Shown in pieces: positions 17,482-26,942 of a DNA stretch of 64,000 nucleotides (its first letter is position 1; each line of letters opens with the position of its first letter). The DNA is from Escherichia phage LHE83, in the sequence record OQ561750; one strand, 5' to 3'. The notes beneath the pieces were generated by a model. That model made no database searches and was not told the origin of the DNA. It saw only the letters and a list, made by a program, of their open reading frames with translations. The position numbers were made by a program, and so were the translations under genes.

Positions 17482-17774
17482 AACGTTTTGAAGAATATGT
17501 AGCTACTAATTGGACCGCATGGGACAAATTCGGTGATGATTGGTACTTCCATGACTGTGACCTGAACCCGGAATTCTTTAAAGATAAGGAAGAAGACCTT
17601 AAAGACATCTATGTCCTGTCAGAGATTCATGGTATTAAACCGACTGTCTACTTCTCTTTTGATGACACCGGGTTCCTTATCCAGATTTACGTCCCGTATG
17701 GAACTAATGAGGACGAAGTTCTAAAAACCTGGGACTACCAAGGAGTTATTTCCTGTGGACCAAAAGTTAACTAA
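17478..17774 (+). CDS. hypothetical protein
   Basis: ORF track; ATGA overlap. Confidence 0.5.
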   Translation: MKRFEEYVATNWTAWDKFGDDWYFHDCDLNPEFFKDKEEDLKDIYVLSEIHGIKPTVYFSFDDTGFLIQIYVPYGTNEDEVLKTWDYQGVISCGPKVN

Positions 17775-18072
17775 AATTGAGATTTACGGTATCCCTGAGA
17801 CAGTCATGCGCTGTCCAGGGTGCATTGCTGTTCTATCGCTCCTAAATTCCCTTTCTATCCCACATACTTTCTATCCTGTGATTAATCAGACGCCGTCAGG
17901 CGCAGTATATGACAAGCCTCTTATAGTATCATTGGCCAAACGTGCAGGCTTCAAGAGCTTAGCGATACGCTATCCTGTCATATTTGTCGATAATAAGAAA
18001 ATAGAAAATATTCCTGCCTTCAAATCGCTTTTGATTGAACTTGGTTATGACCGAGATTTAATTGAAGATTAG
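17755..18072 (+). CDS. thioredoxin/glutaredoxin-fold protein (CPGC)
   Basis: GTG start with AAGGAG Shine-Dalgarno 9 nt upstream; CxxC after the first beta-strand. Confidence 0.45.
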   Translation: MDQKLTKIEIYGIPETVMRCPGCIAVLSLLNSLSIPHTFYPVINQTPSGAVYDKPLIVSLAKRAGFKSLAIRYPVIFVDNKKIENIPAFKSLLIELGYDRDLIED

Positions 18073-18131
18073 TATTTACTTCCTCTCCTCACGTGTTATA
18101 GTCTATCCTATCAACACATGAGGAGAACATT

Positions 18132-18314
18132 ATGACTATCCAAGATAAAGAAATTAAAGCCGACCAGTATTATTCAGTAAATGGCTACCCTGTTCAAATA
18201 ACAAAGGTAACAAATCTCGATGTATGGTATCAACCTTTGACTCACCCTGATGCTCCATTGATGGTGTGCGACCGTCCTTTATTTTGTTCAGTAGCTAAGG
18301 AAATTAAATCATGA
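18132..18314 (+). CDS. hypothetical protein
   Basis: ORF track; cassette with GAGGAG Shine-Dalgarno upstream. Confidence 0.5.
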   Translation: MTIQDKEIKADQYYSVNGYPVQITKVTNLDVWYQPLTHPDAPLMVCDRPLFCSVAKEIKS

Positions 18315-18565
18315 GCCTGAAATTACATTCAATGAAAAATGTCGTCACCCTTAATCTGGATGATGAGCGCCTGATTTTTCTCACCGTCACTGATAAGAAT
18401 ATTGAAATCGCCAACGGCCCGAAAACTTATTGCTGTCCTGTTAAGAATTGGAAACGTGTATCATTTCTTACTCTGACCGAACGCCTGAAAGATATTAAGT
18501 TAGATTTGGATGTCAAAGATGTCCAATACATTAAAAATCTTATTGGATACAAACTGCTGAGGTAA
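18311..18565 (+). CDS. hypothetical protein
   Basis: ORF track; ATGA overlap. Confidence 0.5.
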   Translation: MSLKLHSMKNVVTLNLDDERLIFLTVTDKNIEIANGPKTYCCPVKNWKRVSFLTLTERLKDIKLDLDVKDVQYIKNLIGYKLLR

Positions 18566-18567
18566 CT

Positions 18568-18861
18568 ATGGGTAAAACTATTCGTCGTAAAGAATTGTCT
18601 GTAAAAGATTTTTATTATTCCGGACGTCGTAAAGCACCGGACGGCGTAAGTCAGGAACTGGTTGAAGAAAATATCTTCCGTTCTGACAAGTGGAAACGTA
18701 TGCGCGGTGTTGATTCTGAAGTTAAGAACGAAATGAACCGCCAGCTTCGTAAAGAAGTGAGAAAGCTGAAAAAAGATGTTTACAATGACGATGAACCTGA
18801 TTACAATACTTCTCATCGAGTTGCAAAACGTAAATCAAACGAATGTTATCGTTATAGCTGA
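18568..18861 (+). CDS. hypothetical basic protein
   Basis: ORF track. Confidence 0.5.
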   Translation: MGKTIRRKELSVKDFYYSGRRKAPDGVSQELVEENIFRSDKWKRMRGVDSEVKNEMNRQLRKEVRKLKKDVYNDDEPDYNTSHRVAKRKSNECYRYS

Positions 18862-18868
18862 GGAAAAT

Positions 18869-19000
18869 ATGAATATCAAACGAATGCTTTTTAAGCAAGG
18901 ACTATACACTTTAAATGTTAGTCCAAAGGGCGATACAACCACGTGGTCAGTAAATGACTGGATTAAATTCATTGATAAACACGGAAACTGGAAAATTTAA
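18869..19000 (+). CDS. hypothetical small protein
   Basis: Internal ATG after GAGGAAAAT Shine-Dalgarno; track start 18776 lies inside the upstream gene. Confidence 0.4.
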   Translation: MNIKRMLFKQGLYTLNVSPKGDTTTWSVNDWIKFIDKHGNWKI

Positions 19001-19201
19001 ATGAATCCTGAATCTAAATTATCACAGCGAATTGCTGAAGCTCGTCGTCAGTTCTTTGAAAATATGATAGCCCAAGGTATTGATGACGAAGTTTTTCTGA
19101 ACTGGTTTTGGAACCACAAATATTCAAGTTGTTCAGGCGCTTTATTAATTTCAGCTGCATCTATGTACGAAGGCTGGAAAGGTGCAATGAGTCAAAAATA
19201 G
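19001..19201 (+). CDS. hypothetical protein
   Basis: ORF track. Confidence 0.5.
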   Translation: MNPESKLSQRIAEARRQFFENMIAQGIDDEVFLNWFWNHKYSSCSGALLISAASMYEGWKGAMSQK

Positions 19202-19232
19202 TTTACAAACTCTTGGGACCAGAGTATAATGG
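19201..19232 (+). promoter_or_regulatory. early promoter
   Basis: GTTTAC then 18 nt then TATAAT; GGACC/GGTCC inverted repeat flanks the -10. Confidence 0.5.
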
Positions 19233-19268
19233 TCCTACGGATTATAAATTTTAACTGAGGAAATTATT

Positions 19269-19598
19269 ATGTCACAAGCTATTAAAAACGTACTGAACTC
19301 TTTCGCTTTCGATAAAGTAAACGAACTGATGAAAACTGGTTTTGTAACTCCTCAGGTTCTTGACCAATGGGTTGCTGAACTGTTACCTATCATGCACTCT
19401 AAAGACCAGAAAATTGGTAAGAATGGTATTCGTGAAATCCTGGTTCAATATATCCTTGATGAATTCGATGTCGCTGCCTTTGGTGTCGAATCCAAAGCTT
19501 GGCACCCAGGTGAAATCACGGATAAAACTATCCGTCGTATGAAAAACCAACGTAAGAAAAAATTCGTTGACCTGAAAATTGTTAAGGCAGCGAAATGA
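19269..19598 (+). CDS. hypothetical protein
   Basis: ORF track; start cassette about 30 nt near-identical to that of 12074. Confidence 0.55.
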   Translation: MSQAIKNVLNSFAFDKVNELMKTGFVTPQVLDQWVAELLPIMHSKDQKIGKNGIREILVQYILDEFDVAAFGVESKAWHPGEITDKTIRRMKNQRKKKFVDLKIVKAAK

Positions 19599-19861
19599 TT
19601 AAAATAAAACTCTCTAATTACGATAAAAACTTGGAAATGATTGCTATGAAAGAAGAACTCTTGAATGATGTCCGCTTTACAGGTTATGCAGTTCAATTTA
19701 ATGGTGATGGGACTCTCCAGATTGAGGGTGACCACTTTATCATCGAATACGAATTTAAACAGTATTGGCTGTATGCAAAAGATGAGGTTGGCGGTGTTGA
19801 TTACGTCGACGAGTTCGATAACCTAGATGACGCATTGGAAGGAGCTCGATTCCTACAATGA
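19595..19861 (+). CDS. hypothetical acidic protein
   Basis: ORF track; ATGA overlap. Confidence 0.5.
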   Translation: MIKIKLSNYDKNLEMIAMKEELLNDVRFTGYAVQFNGDGTLQIEGDHFIIEYEFKQYWLYAKDEVGGVDYVDEFDNLDDALEGARFLQ

Positions 19862-20121
19862 AACCCATATCCACCACCCTCGCCTACGAAGGTCTCGGAT
19901 TTTTCTTAATAGATAACCGTATGGATGTTGAGTTTGTTTGTGGTGAGACTTCTTTAGTATGGAAGTCTCATATTTCCAAATACAACCATCGCGAATATCC
20001 AGGTCTTTTTAAAGAATTTTGTGGATATATGTCTGAACATGGATGTACTGATACAATTTCTTATTCCGAGTTCACACAAATCCTTGAAACCGTATTTCAG
20101 GCTTATTGCTTACTCCGTTGA
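19858..20121 (+). CDS. hypothetical protein
   Basis: ORF track; ATGA overlap. Confidence 0.5.
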   Translation: MKPISTTLAYEGLGFFLIDNRMDVEFVCGETSLVWKSHISKYNHREYPGLFKEFCGYMSEHGCTDTISYSEFTQILETVFQAYCLLR

Positions 20122-20178
20122 TGCTTTAAGCCAATTGGTATATAATAGATTCATTATTTAAATTAAAGATTAATCATT

Positions 20179-20874
20179 ATGCACTATTGTTATATGACCA
20201 CTATAAAATCCGAAAATGATACTTATTACTATTTCGGTAAACACACCGGATTTATAGATGACGGGTATGTCGGTAGTGGCAAATTCGTAGAAGATGCTAA
20301 GGCCTCAGGGAAATGCTCTTTTAATATAGAGGCCTTATGTTATTTTGAGACAAGTGAGCTTGCTTTTGAATTTGAAGAGCTTTTGGTAGAAAATGCCATG
20401 TCCGAAATAACTAACTGCGTCAATATGAAACCTGGTGGTATAGGTGGTTATGCTCCTCCGACACCGGAAAGACTTGAAGAACAGTCTAAAGAAGTTACCG
20501 AACGCTGGCAGGACCCTGAATATAAAGAGCGGGTTTCCAACTCTATTAAAAAGTCTTGGGAAAATGAAGAGCATCGAGAAATGATGCGTCGAATCCATAA
20601 AGAGTATAATGCTAATCCTGAAGTTAGAGAGGCCAAAAGTAAAAAGAACAAAGAATATTACTCTATAGAGAATTATTCCAAGTTTGCTAAAAATCCAACA
20701 TATGTATTATATGATGAGTTCCATGAACTTTGGATTAAGGAAGGACGCCCTAGTTATTCTAAATTCTGGCGCAAATGCTGTGAACTATGTTATCCATATA
20801 CGATAAATAATTTTAGACCACTAGTTGATAGGTTTAAGAGGGCTTATGAATCAGGTGAAGTTAACAAAAAATAA
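20179..20874 (+). CDS. GIY-YIG homing-endonuclease-like protein (Seg/Mob-like)
   Basis: YYYFGKHTG...YVGSGK GIY-(10 to 11 aa)-YIG spacing; basic C-terminal half; 3' end overlaps the gene 55 start. Confidence 0.55.
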   Translation: MHYCYMTTIKSENDTYYYFGKHTGFIDDGYVGSGKFVEDAKASGKCSFNIEALCYFETSELAFEFEELLVENAMSEITNCVNMKPGGIGGYAPPTPERLEEQSKEVTERWQDPEYKERVSNSIKKSWENEEHREMMRRIHKEYNANPEVREAKSKKNKEYYSIENYSKFAKNPTYVLYDEFHELWIKEGRPSYSKFWRKCCELCYPYTINNFRPLVDRFKRAYESGEVNKK

Positions 20875-21403
20875 TTATGTAAATAACAAGGAGCTTCTTA
20901 AAGCTATTACAAGTTGGAAGCAGGAATTATATGCTAACACCGACCCTAATAAAATCATTAGACAAAATGATACTATAGGATTGGCTATTATGCTTATAGC
21001 AGAAGGCCTCAGCAAGCGTTTCAACTTCTCAGGATATACCCAATCTTGGCGGCAGGAAATGATAGCTGATGGAATCGAAGCTTCGATTAAAGGTCTTCAC
21101 AATTTCGACGAAACAAAATACGACAACCCACATGCATATATCACTATGGCTTGTTTTAATGCCTTCGTTCAGCGTATCAAAAAAGAACGTAAAGAAATGG
21201 CAAAGAAATATAGCTACTTCGTCCATAATGTCTATGACAGTAATGATGACGACATGGTAGGTATTGCAGATGAAACCTTTATCCAAGATATCTACGACAA
21301 AATGACTCAGTATGAAACCTCTTTAACTAAAGCACCAGGGTCTGATAAGAGTGCCGAACCTAAAGTTGGTGAACTGGATTTTTTATATGGAACATCAGAT
21401 TAA
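20846..21403 (+). CDS. 55: late-transcription sigma factor gp55
   Basis: Internal ATG gives 185 aa; NYVNNKELL...[28 protein letters not shown] near-identical to T4 gp55 from memory. Confidence 0.9.
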   Translation: MNQVKLTKNNYVNNKELLKAITSWKQELYANTDPNKIIRQNDTIGLAIMLIAEGLSKRFNFSGYTQSWRQEMIADGIEASIKGLHNFDETKYDNPHAYITMACFNAFVQRIKKERKEMAKKYSYFVHNVYDSNDDDMVGIADETFIQDIYDKMTQYETSLTKAPGSDKSAEPKVGELDFLYGTSD

Positions 21404-21617
21404 TATCACTCCACTTTTAGATGGAATGGAAGACTTCGAAGCACTCCCTTATTTTATTAAATTGATATTACGGGATGTTAAAGGTCTTCCTATTGATATT
21501 GACCCACTTAACGTCAGGAATATTGAATTCACTTCTCCTGACAATAACGTAGATTATCGTTATCATGTTGAGAACGCTAATTTCTACTTCACTATTGAAT
21601 TGACTCCAAAGGATTAA
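21387..21617 (+). CDS. hypothetical protein
   Basis: Internal ATG of track ORF 21351; overlaps the gp55 3' end. Confidence 0.4.
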   Translation: MEHQINITPLLDGMEDFEALPYFIKLILRDVKGLPIDIDPLNVRNIEFTSPDNNVDYRYHVENANFYFTIELTPKD

Positions 21618-21618
21618 T

Positions 21619-21930
21619 ATGCAAAGCCATGACATTTCTCAATTGACTGATGAGCAAATTGAAGAAGCCCAGCAACGTTTAGAAGAGCACAATATTAAAG
21701 AAGCTAATTCTCAAGCGGCTAAGATTCTTAAGAAAAATGCTCGTGAAATCCGTCGTTTAAATCTCCATGCCCAAGGCGCTGTACTTGAAAACAACTTTGA
21801 AGCATATAAGTACGCTTTAATTAAATTACGTGGTATTTACCGTCAACCTGTTACTGATGAACTTGTTCAATTGATGTGGAAATCTACCCGCAAACAAATT
21901 TGGGAAATCGTCAATGGCCCTAGTAAATAA
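21619..21930 (+). CDS. hypothetical protein
   Basis: ORF track. Confidence 0.5.
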   Translation: MQSHDISQLTDEQIEEAQQRLEEHNIKEANSQAAKILKKNAREIRRLNLHAQGAVLENNFEAYKYALIKLRGIYRQPVTDELVQLMWKSTRKQIWEIVNGPSK

Positions 21931-22114
21931 ACCCTTTAAACGGCTTCTTATTGGAGCCGCCTTTAGACTTCGCTCATACGGTAATATCTGTATTAAGCAG
22001 TCCGAAACCGAATATAAAATGGTCGGCCAGTATTCCGATGGAATTTTTCGGATTGAGCCCGTAGCCAAGGTTTGGGTAGATTCTCATCAACTTAAGAAAT
22101 GGTGGCAACGATGA
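21914..22114 (+). CDS. hypothetical protein
   Basis: ORF track; weak RBS. Confidence 0.35.
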   Translation: MALVNKPFKRLLIGAAFRLRSYGNICIKQSETEYKMVGQYSDGIFRIEPVAKVWVDSHQLKKWWQR

Positions 22115-22172
22115 TAACGTGGACAGGCGGCTAATGAAAGACGAATACGAAAAAGTTTAAGAGGTTGTATGA

Positions 22173-22346
22173 ATGACGAATTCGATGGATTTTGATAAGA
22201 TTAAATCTGACAAAAATGAGATGATACTTCAATTTGAAGCCGCTCGTATTAAAGCAGAAAATGAAGGTACTATTACCTATAAGCCTATCAAGTTCAGGTC
22301 TTCTCACGAACCTCTGTACGGTGTATTGGTTGGTAAAGGAGCTTAG
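22173..22346 (+). CDS. hypothetical small protein (57 aa)
   Basis: Read by eye; AGAGG Shine-Dalgarno; stop codon sits in the terminator hairpin loop. Confidence 0.3.
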   Translation: MTNSMDFDKIKSDKNEMILQFEAARIKAENEGTITYKPIKFRSSHEPLYGVLVGKGA

Positions 22347-22358
22347 GCTCCTTTTTTG
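22336..22358 (+). terminator. rho-independent terminator
   Basis: AGGAGC-TTAG-GCTCCT followed by TTTTTT. Confidence 0.6.
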
Positions 22359-22400
22359 CTTTATATTTGGATGATAAAATGAACCAACTGAGGAGAACAT

Positions 22401-22544
22401 ATGGAACTACTTTTAGGATATGTCGTGTTATTCATGGCATTCTACACATTCACACGAGCTTGTTGGATAGGATTCTTTTCCACTCCTGACGGGTTCATTT
22501 CAATAATTTTATTTTGCATTGCAATAACGGCGCTTGGCTTATGA
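22401..22544 (+). CDS. hypothetical small membrane protein (47 aa)
   Basis: Read by eye; CTGAGGAGAACATATG Shine-Dalgarno; hydrophobic; ATGA overlap with the gene 47 start. Confidence 0.4.
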   Translation: MELLLGYVVLFMAFYTFTRACWIGFFSTPDGFISIILFCIAITALGL

Positions 22545-23563
22545 AAATATTAAACACAGGTGACTGGCACCTTGGAGTGAAGGCCGATGATGTGTGGGTA
22601 CAAAATATCCAACGTCAAGGTATCCAAGACGCTATTAATTATTCTAAAGCAAATGGCATTACTGTATGGATTCAATACGGTGATATCTTTGACGTTCGTA
22701 AAGCAATTACCCATAAGTGTATGGAATTCGCTCGCGAAATCTCCGATTTGCTTAAAGCCAACGGCATTACCATGTATACGGTCGTTGGTAACCATGATAT
22801 GCACTACAAAAACACATTGACTCCGAACGCTGCTTCTGAAGTTCTGGGTAAATACGACCATATCAAGGTTATTGAGAAACCTACTACGGTTAATTTTGAT
22901 GGTACAGAAATTGATTTGATTCCATGGATGTGTGAAGAAAACACGACCGATATCATGGACCATATCAAAAATACTACTGCCGATTTCTGTATTGGCCACT
23001 GGGAATTAAATGGTTTCTATTTCTATAAAGGAATGAAATCACATGGTTTAGAACCTGATTTCCTTAAGAAGTATAAGCAAGTATGGTCTGGTCACTTCCA
23101 CACCATTTCTGATGCAGCAAACGTCAAGTATATTGGTACGCCATGGACCCTGACTGCAGGTGATGAGAACGACCCTCGCGGCTTCTGGATTTTCGATACA
23201 GAAACCCATAAGATGGATTTCATCATCAATGAAACCTGTTGGCACCGTAAGATTCATTATCCAAATGCGACTATCGATTACAAAGATTTTACAAATATCG
23301 CAGTTCGTGTTATAGTCGATAAAATTGATGACGGCCTTACTAAGTTTGAATCAGAGCTTGAAAAGGTCGTCCATTCTTTACGTATTGTGTCTAAGGTAGA
23401 TAACAGTGTTGATATCGATGATTCTGAAGAGGAAGATGAAGTCAAGTCCCTCTTGGATATGATGTATGATTATATCGATGCTCTTCCTGATGGCCACACT
23501 GAAGACGATGTTAAAGCCCTTAAGACTATGGCTGCACAACTTTATAATGAGGTTACACGATGA
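22541..23563 (+). CDS. 47: recombination endonuclease subunit gp47 (Mre11-like)
   Basis: MKILNTGDWHLG phosphoesterase motif; internal ATG chosen; track start 22514 is TTG. Confidence 0.9.
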   Translation: MKILNTGDWHLGVKADDVWVQNIQRQGIQDAINYSKANGITVWIQYGDIFDVRKAITHKCMEFAREISDLLKANGITMYTVVGNHDMHYKNTLTPNAASEVLGKYDHIKVIEKPTTVNFDGTEIDLIPWMCEENTTDIMDHIKNTTADFCIGHWELNGFYFYKGMKSHGLEPDFLKKYKQVWSGHFHTISDAANVKYIGTPWTLTAGDENDPRGFWIFDTETHKMDFIINETCWHRKIHYPNATIDYKDFTNIAVRVIVDKIDDGLTKFESELEKVVHSLRIVSKVDNSVDIDDSEEEDEVKSLLDMMYDYIDALPDGHTEDDVKALKTMAAQLYNEVTR

Positions 23564-23823
23564 CTTTAGATGAATTCAAAAAATCAGGACTTGAACTGGA
23601 GCATGACTGCACAGTTATTGATGACGATAACCAAACGAATATCATTAAGTTCTGGTTTGAAGCCGTGAGCACTCGCGATACCAACGAGCTTATTAAAGTT
23701 TATGTTGCTACTGATTGGGCTGTGGAATTTAGCTTTAATGTAATGGTAGATGATACTCCAGAAACATTAATTCATATGGCTGAATCATGCATCAAGGATG
23801 CTTATAACGATGAAGACTTTTAA
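23560..23823 (+). CDS. hypothetical acidic protein
   Basis: ORF track; ATGA overlap. Confidence 0.5.
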   Translation: MTLDEFKKSGLELEHDCTVIDDDNQTNIIKFWFEAVSTRDTNELIKVYVATDWAVEFSFNVMVDDTPETLIHMAESCIKDAYNDEDF

Positions 23824-25492
23824 GTTAAAGAAAGTAACGTATAAAAATATTATGTCGGTAGGCCAGCAACCTATTACAATCCAACTTGACAAGGTCCAAA
23901 AGACCTTAGTCACCGGTAAAAATGGTGCTGGGAAATCTACGTTCCTTGAAGCCGTTACATTTGCTCTGTTCGGTAAGCCTTTTCGTGATGTTAAGAAAGG
24001 GCAGTTGATTAACTCAAGTAATAAGAAAGACCTTTTGGTCGAACTGTGGATGGAATATGATGGCAAAGAATACTATATCAAGCGCGGGCAAAAACCCAAT
24101 ATTTTTGAAATCTCTTGTGGCGGTGAACGTCTTGATGAATCTGCCAGCAGTAAAGACTTCCAAGCAGAATTTGAACAGCTTATCGGAATGTCATATACCA
24201 GTTTCAAACAGATTGTCGTACTTGGTACAGCAGGGTATACCCCTTTCATGGGTTTGTCGACCCCTGCGCGCCGAAAGCTTGTGGAAGACCTCTTAGAGGT
24301 TTCTGTATTAGCGGATATGGACAAGTTGAACAAATCTTTGATTCGTGAGACTAATAGCCAAATCCAAGTAATCGACGTTAAACAGGATTCTATTATCCAG
24401 CAAATTAAAATTTATAATGACAACGAAGAACGTCAGCGTAAATTATCAGGTGAGAACGCAGCACGTCTACAAACAATGTACGATGAGCTCGTTAAAGAAG
24501 CCAGGACTGCGAAGGGCAATATAGAAAAACTGACTGATGAATTACTCAATGTCATCGTCGATGATGACCCTAGCAACTCTATGAGTGACCTGAGCAATAA
24601 AGGATTTGCAATCAAGAATGATATGGCAACCTTTACTAAGGTCGTGAAATTATACGAAACAGGCGGCAGCTGTCCTACGTGTATGCAAGGATTGGAAGAG
24701 CATGGAAACATCCTTACTAAAATTAAGGATAAGAACTTTGAGCTTCAAAAATCTTTGGATAAGATTAATGAGCAGTACCAAGAACTCAAGCTCATTAAGG
24801 ACCAAGTAACCGAACAACGTAATAAAGCGCTGGCTATTAAATCTCAGATAGCTACTCATAAGCAACAGGCCATTACTGCTGTAGAGAAAGCTAAAAAAGT
24901 TAAAGTATTAATTGACCAAGCAGCTGCTGAGTTCGTAAGTAATGCCGAAGAGATTGCCGCGCTTCAAGCAGAGCTTGATAAAATCGTCTCTACCAAATCG
25001 TCCTTGGTAATGGAAAAATACCATCGTGGAATTCTGACAGAAATGTTGAAGGATACAGGTATTAAAGGTTCCATTATTAAGAAATACATTCCTATCTTTA
25101 ATAAGCAGATAAATTCTTATTTGAAGATTATGGAAGCCGACTACGTCTTTACCCTAGACGAAGAATTCAATGAGACGATTAAATCACGTGGACGTGAAGA
25201 CTTTAGTTATGCTTCATTTTCACAGGGTGAGAAAGCACGTATTGATATCGCACTACTTTTTACATGGCGCGATATTGCTTCTAAGGTATCAGGTGTTAAT
25301 ATCAGCACGTTAATTCTTGATGAGGTATTTGACAGTGCTACTGACGCTGAAGGCGTTAAGACCATTGCAACCATCTTGAATAGCCTTGAGGATACGAACG
25401 TGTTCATTATCTCTCACCGAGACCATGACCCACAAGCTTATGGCCAACATCTTCAAATGAAGAAAGTTGGACGATTCACGGTGATGGAATGA
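23810..25492 (+). CDS. 46: recombination endonuclease subunit gp46 (Rad50/SbcC-like ATPase)
   Basis: Walker A GKNGAGKST, coiled-coil middle, CPTC zinc hook, signature SFSQGEKAR, Walker B LILDEVFD; start at MKTFKLKKV by T4 alignment. Confidence 0.9.
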   Translation: MKTFKLKKVTYKNIMSVGQQPITIQLDKVQKTLVTGKNGAGKSTFLEAVTFALFGKPFRDVKKGQLINSSNKKDLLVELWMEYDGKEYYIKRGQKPNIFEISCGGERLDESASSKDFQAEFEQLIGMSYTSFKQIVVLGTAGYTPFMGLSTPARRKLVEDLLEVSVLADMDKLNKSLIRETNSQIQVIDVKQDSIIQQIKIYNDNEERQRKLSGENAARLQTMYDELVKEARTAKGNIEKLTDELLNVIVDDDPSNSMSDLSNKGFAIKNDMATFTKVVKLYETGGSCPTCMQGLEEHGNILTKIKDKNFELQKSLDKINEQYQELKLIKDQVTEQRNKALAIKSQIATHKQQAITAVEKAKKVKVLIDQAAAEFVSNAEEIAALQAELDKIVSTKSSLVMEKYHRGILTEMLKDTGIKGSIIKKYIPIFNKQINSYLKIMEADYVFTLDEEFNETIKSRGREDFSYASFSQGEKARIDIALLFTWRDIASKVSGVNISTLILDEVFDSATDAEGVKTIATILNSLEDTNVFIISHRDHDPQAYGQHLQMKKVGRFTVME

Positions 25493-25680
25493 GTGATTTT
25501 ATAACAGGCCAGCATTTGTTGGCCGTTCCTGAACTAAAGCGGTATGTTTTAGTTAATAACTTCTCTGGAGACGAACATCTTGTTACTGAAGATTATCTCC
25601 GAAATGCTTTTAAGTCGGAGTATGATAGAATCATGTCGAACAGGAATCCTGCCTGGTTCGTTTATGAATACTTTGATTAA
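25489..25680 (+). CDS. hypothetical protein
   Basis: ORF track; ATGA overlap. Confidence 0.5.
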   Translation: MSDFITGQHLLAVPELKRYVLVNNFSGDEHLVTEDYLRNAFKSEYDRIMSNRNPAWFVYEYFD

Positions 25681-25740
25681 ATTAAGTGCTTTAAAATATT
25701 GATTTATAATACATCTACCAACCAAATGAGAGAAAATATT

Positions 25741-26154
25741 ATGTTTGCTAACGCTATTACTGTTAAAGATATCCAAGTTAAAACCATTCGTACTGATTCC
25801 AACCCACATAATCAAAACCGTATCCGTAAATCATGGGTACTGAATATTGATACCGACTCTGCACGTCGTCTGCAGTCTCTTCCACAAGAAACTAAGTTCA
25901 TGCTCTACGGTATCATTGATAACGACGTATCCGATAAGTGGGTAGAAATTATGCGTCGCCACTATAATGATTCACTGGCCGCAGGTGCTAAACTGGTTAT
26001 CGACCGTGATGGTTCTGAACGTCTCGAAGATGATTATTGTGTAGATTTTGACGAACAACTGCTTGAAGCTGGTGCTATTGTTGCTTCCCAGATTCCAGAG
26101 TATATTGAATCTCTGCCTGAATCCATTCGTAAACAAATGATCGTTATTGCTTAA
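25741..26154 (+). CDS. rpbA: RpbA-like protein (by position between 46 and 45)
   Basis: Internal ATG after GAGAGAAAAT Shine-Dalgarno; syntenic with T4 rpbA; sequence not independently recognised. Confidence 0.45.
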   Translation: MFANAITVKDIQVKTIRTDSNPHNQNRIRKSWVLNIDTDSARRLQSLPQETKFMLYGIIDNDVSDKWVEIMRRHYNDSLAAGAKLVIDRDGSERLEDDYCVDFDEQLLEAGAIVASQIPEYIESLPESIRKQMIVIA

Positions 26155-26182
26155 TTAATTTTTGACTTGATAAGGAAACATT

Positions 26183-26881
26183 ATGAAATTCTCTAAAGAA
26201 ACTCTGAACATTCTGAAAAACTTCTCCAGTATTAACCCAGGTATCATGCTTAAGCCTGGTAACACTATTCTAACTCGTTCAGTAACGGGTGCAAGTTATG
26301 GTGAAGCTACTGTAAATGACACCTTTGATATCGAAGCCGCAATCTACGACCTGAACGGCTTCTTAAGTATTCTGTCATTGGTATCTGAAAGTGCTGAAGT
26401 TTCGGTAAGTGAAGACCAAACCACTCTAATTATTAAAGACCAACGTTCAACTATTAAGTGGCCTATTGCCGACCCAAGCACAATTGCATTCCCAAGCAAA
26501 GCTATTCCATTCCCGGTGGCTGAAGTTATTTTTGACCTTAAAGCCGAAGATTACCAGCAGTTGATGCGTGTGTCCTCTGGACTGAGTATTGATACATTTG
26601 CTATTACTGTAGACAATGGTAAAATTGTAATCAATGGCTACAAACAAGTTGATGATAAGGACCTGGCCCGTCCATTGTATTCCTTAGTGGTTGCAGACCA
26701 TGATGGCCCTGAATTCAAATTCATTATCAACAAAACTAATATGAAAATGATGCCTGCCGATTACCATGTATTGTTATGGGCCCGTGGTGAAGGCCAGGAC
26801 GCTCGTTTCGCAGCCAAGTTTGAAGGTTCACAAGCTTCTTATGTATTGGCTATGGAAGCAGGCTCAAGCCACTCGTTCTAA
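26183..26881 (+). CDS. 45: sliding clamp gp45
   Basis: About 230 aa; ILKNFSSINPGIMLKPG...PFPVA resembles T4 gp45 throughout. Confidence 0.9.
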   Translation: MKFSKETLNILKNFSSINPGIMLKPGNTILTRSVTGASYGEATVNDTFDIEAAIYDLNGFLSILSLVSESAEVSVSEDQTTLIIKDQRSTIKWPIADPSTIAFPSKAIPFPVAEVIFDLKAEDYQQLMRVSSGLSIDTFAITVDNGKIVINGYKQVDDKDLARPLYSLVVADHDGPEFKFIINKTNMKMMPADYHVLLWARGEGQDARFAAKFEGSQASYVLAMEAGSSHSF

Positions 26882-26887
26882 AGCATA

Positions 26888-26916
26888 GGGAGGAAATTCC
26901 TCCCTTGGAGTATAAT
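26888..26916 (+). promoter_or_regulatory. promoter region with perfect palindrome
   Basis: GGGAGGAAATTCCTCCC palindrome then TATAAT, upstream of gene 44. Confidence 0.4.
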
Positions 26917-26942
26917 GTAAAAACAAACCTGAGGAAATTAAT

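Noticed and set aside
19241-19250. ATTATAAATT at 19241 and TTATAAATTT at 60251 as late promoters
   Set aside because: One mismatch from the TATAAATA consensus and positioned inside early promoter cassettes; not called.
24057-24296. Plus-strand alternative-frame ORFs nested in larger genes (for example 10394-10621, 14176-14379, 19360-19542, 21069-21260, 22587-22820, 24057-24296, 33064-33300, 35635-35868, 37952-38182, 38804-39013, 39176-39379, 42183-42407, 45259-45495, 49918-50121, 53148-53381, 56300-56482, 56858-57082, 58474-58656, 63004-63231)
   Set aside because: Fully contained in a different frame of well-supported genes; no independent start signals.
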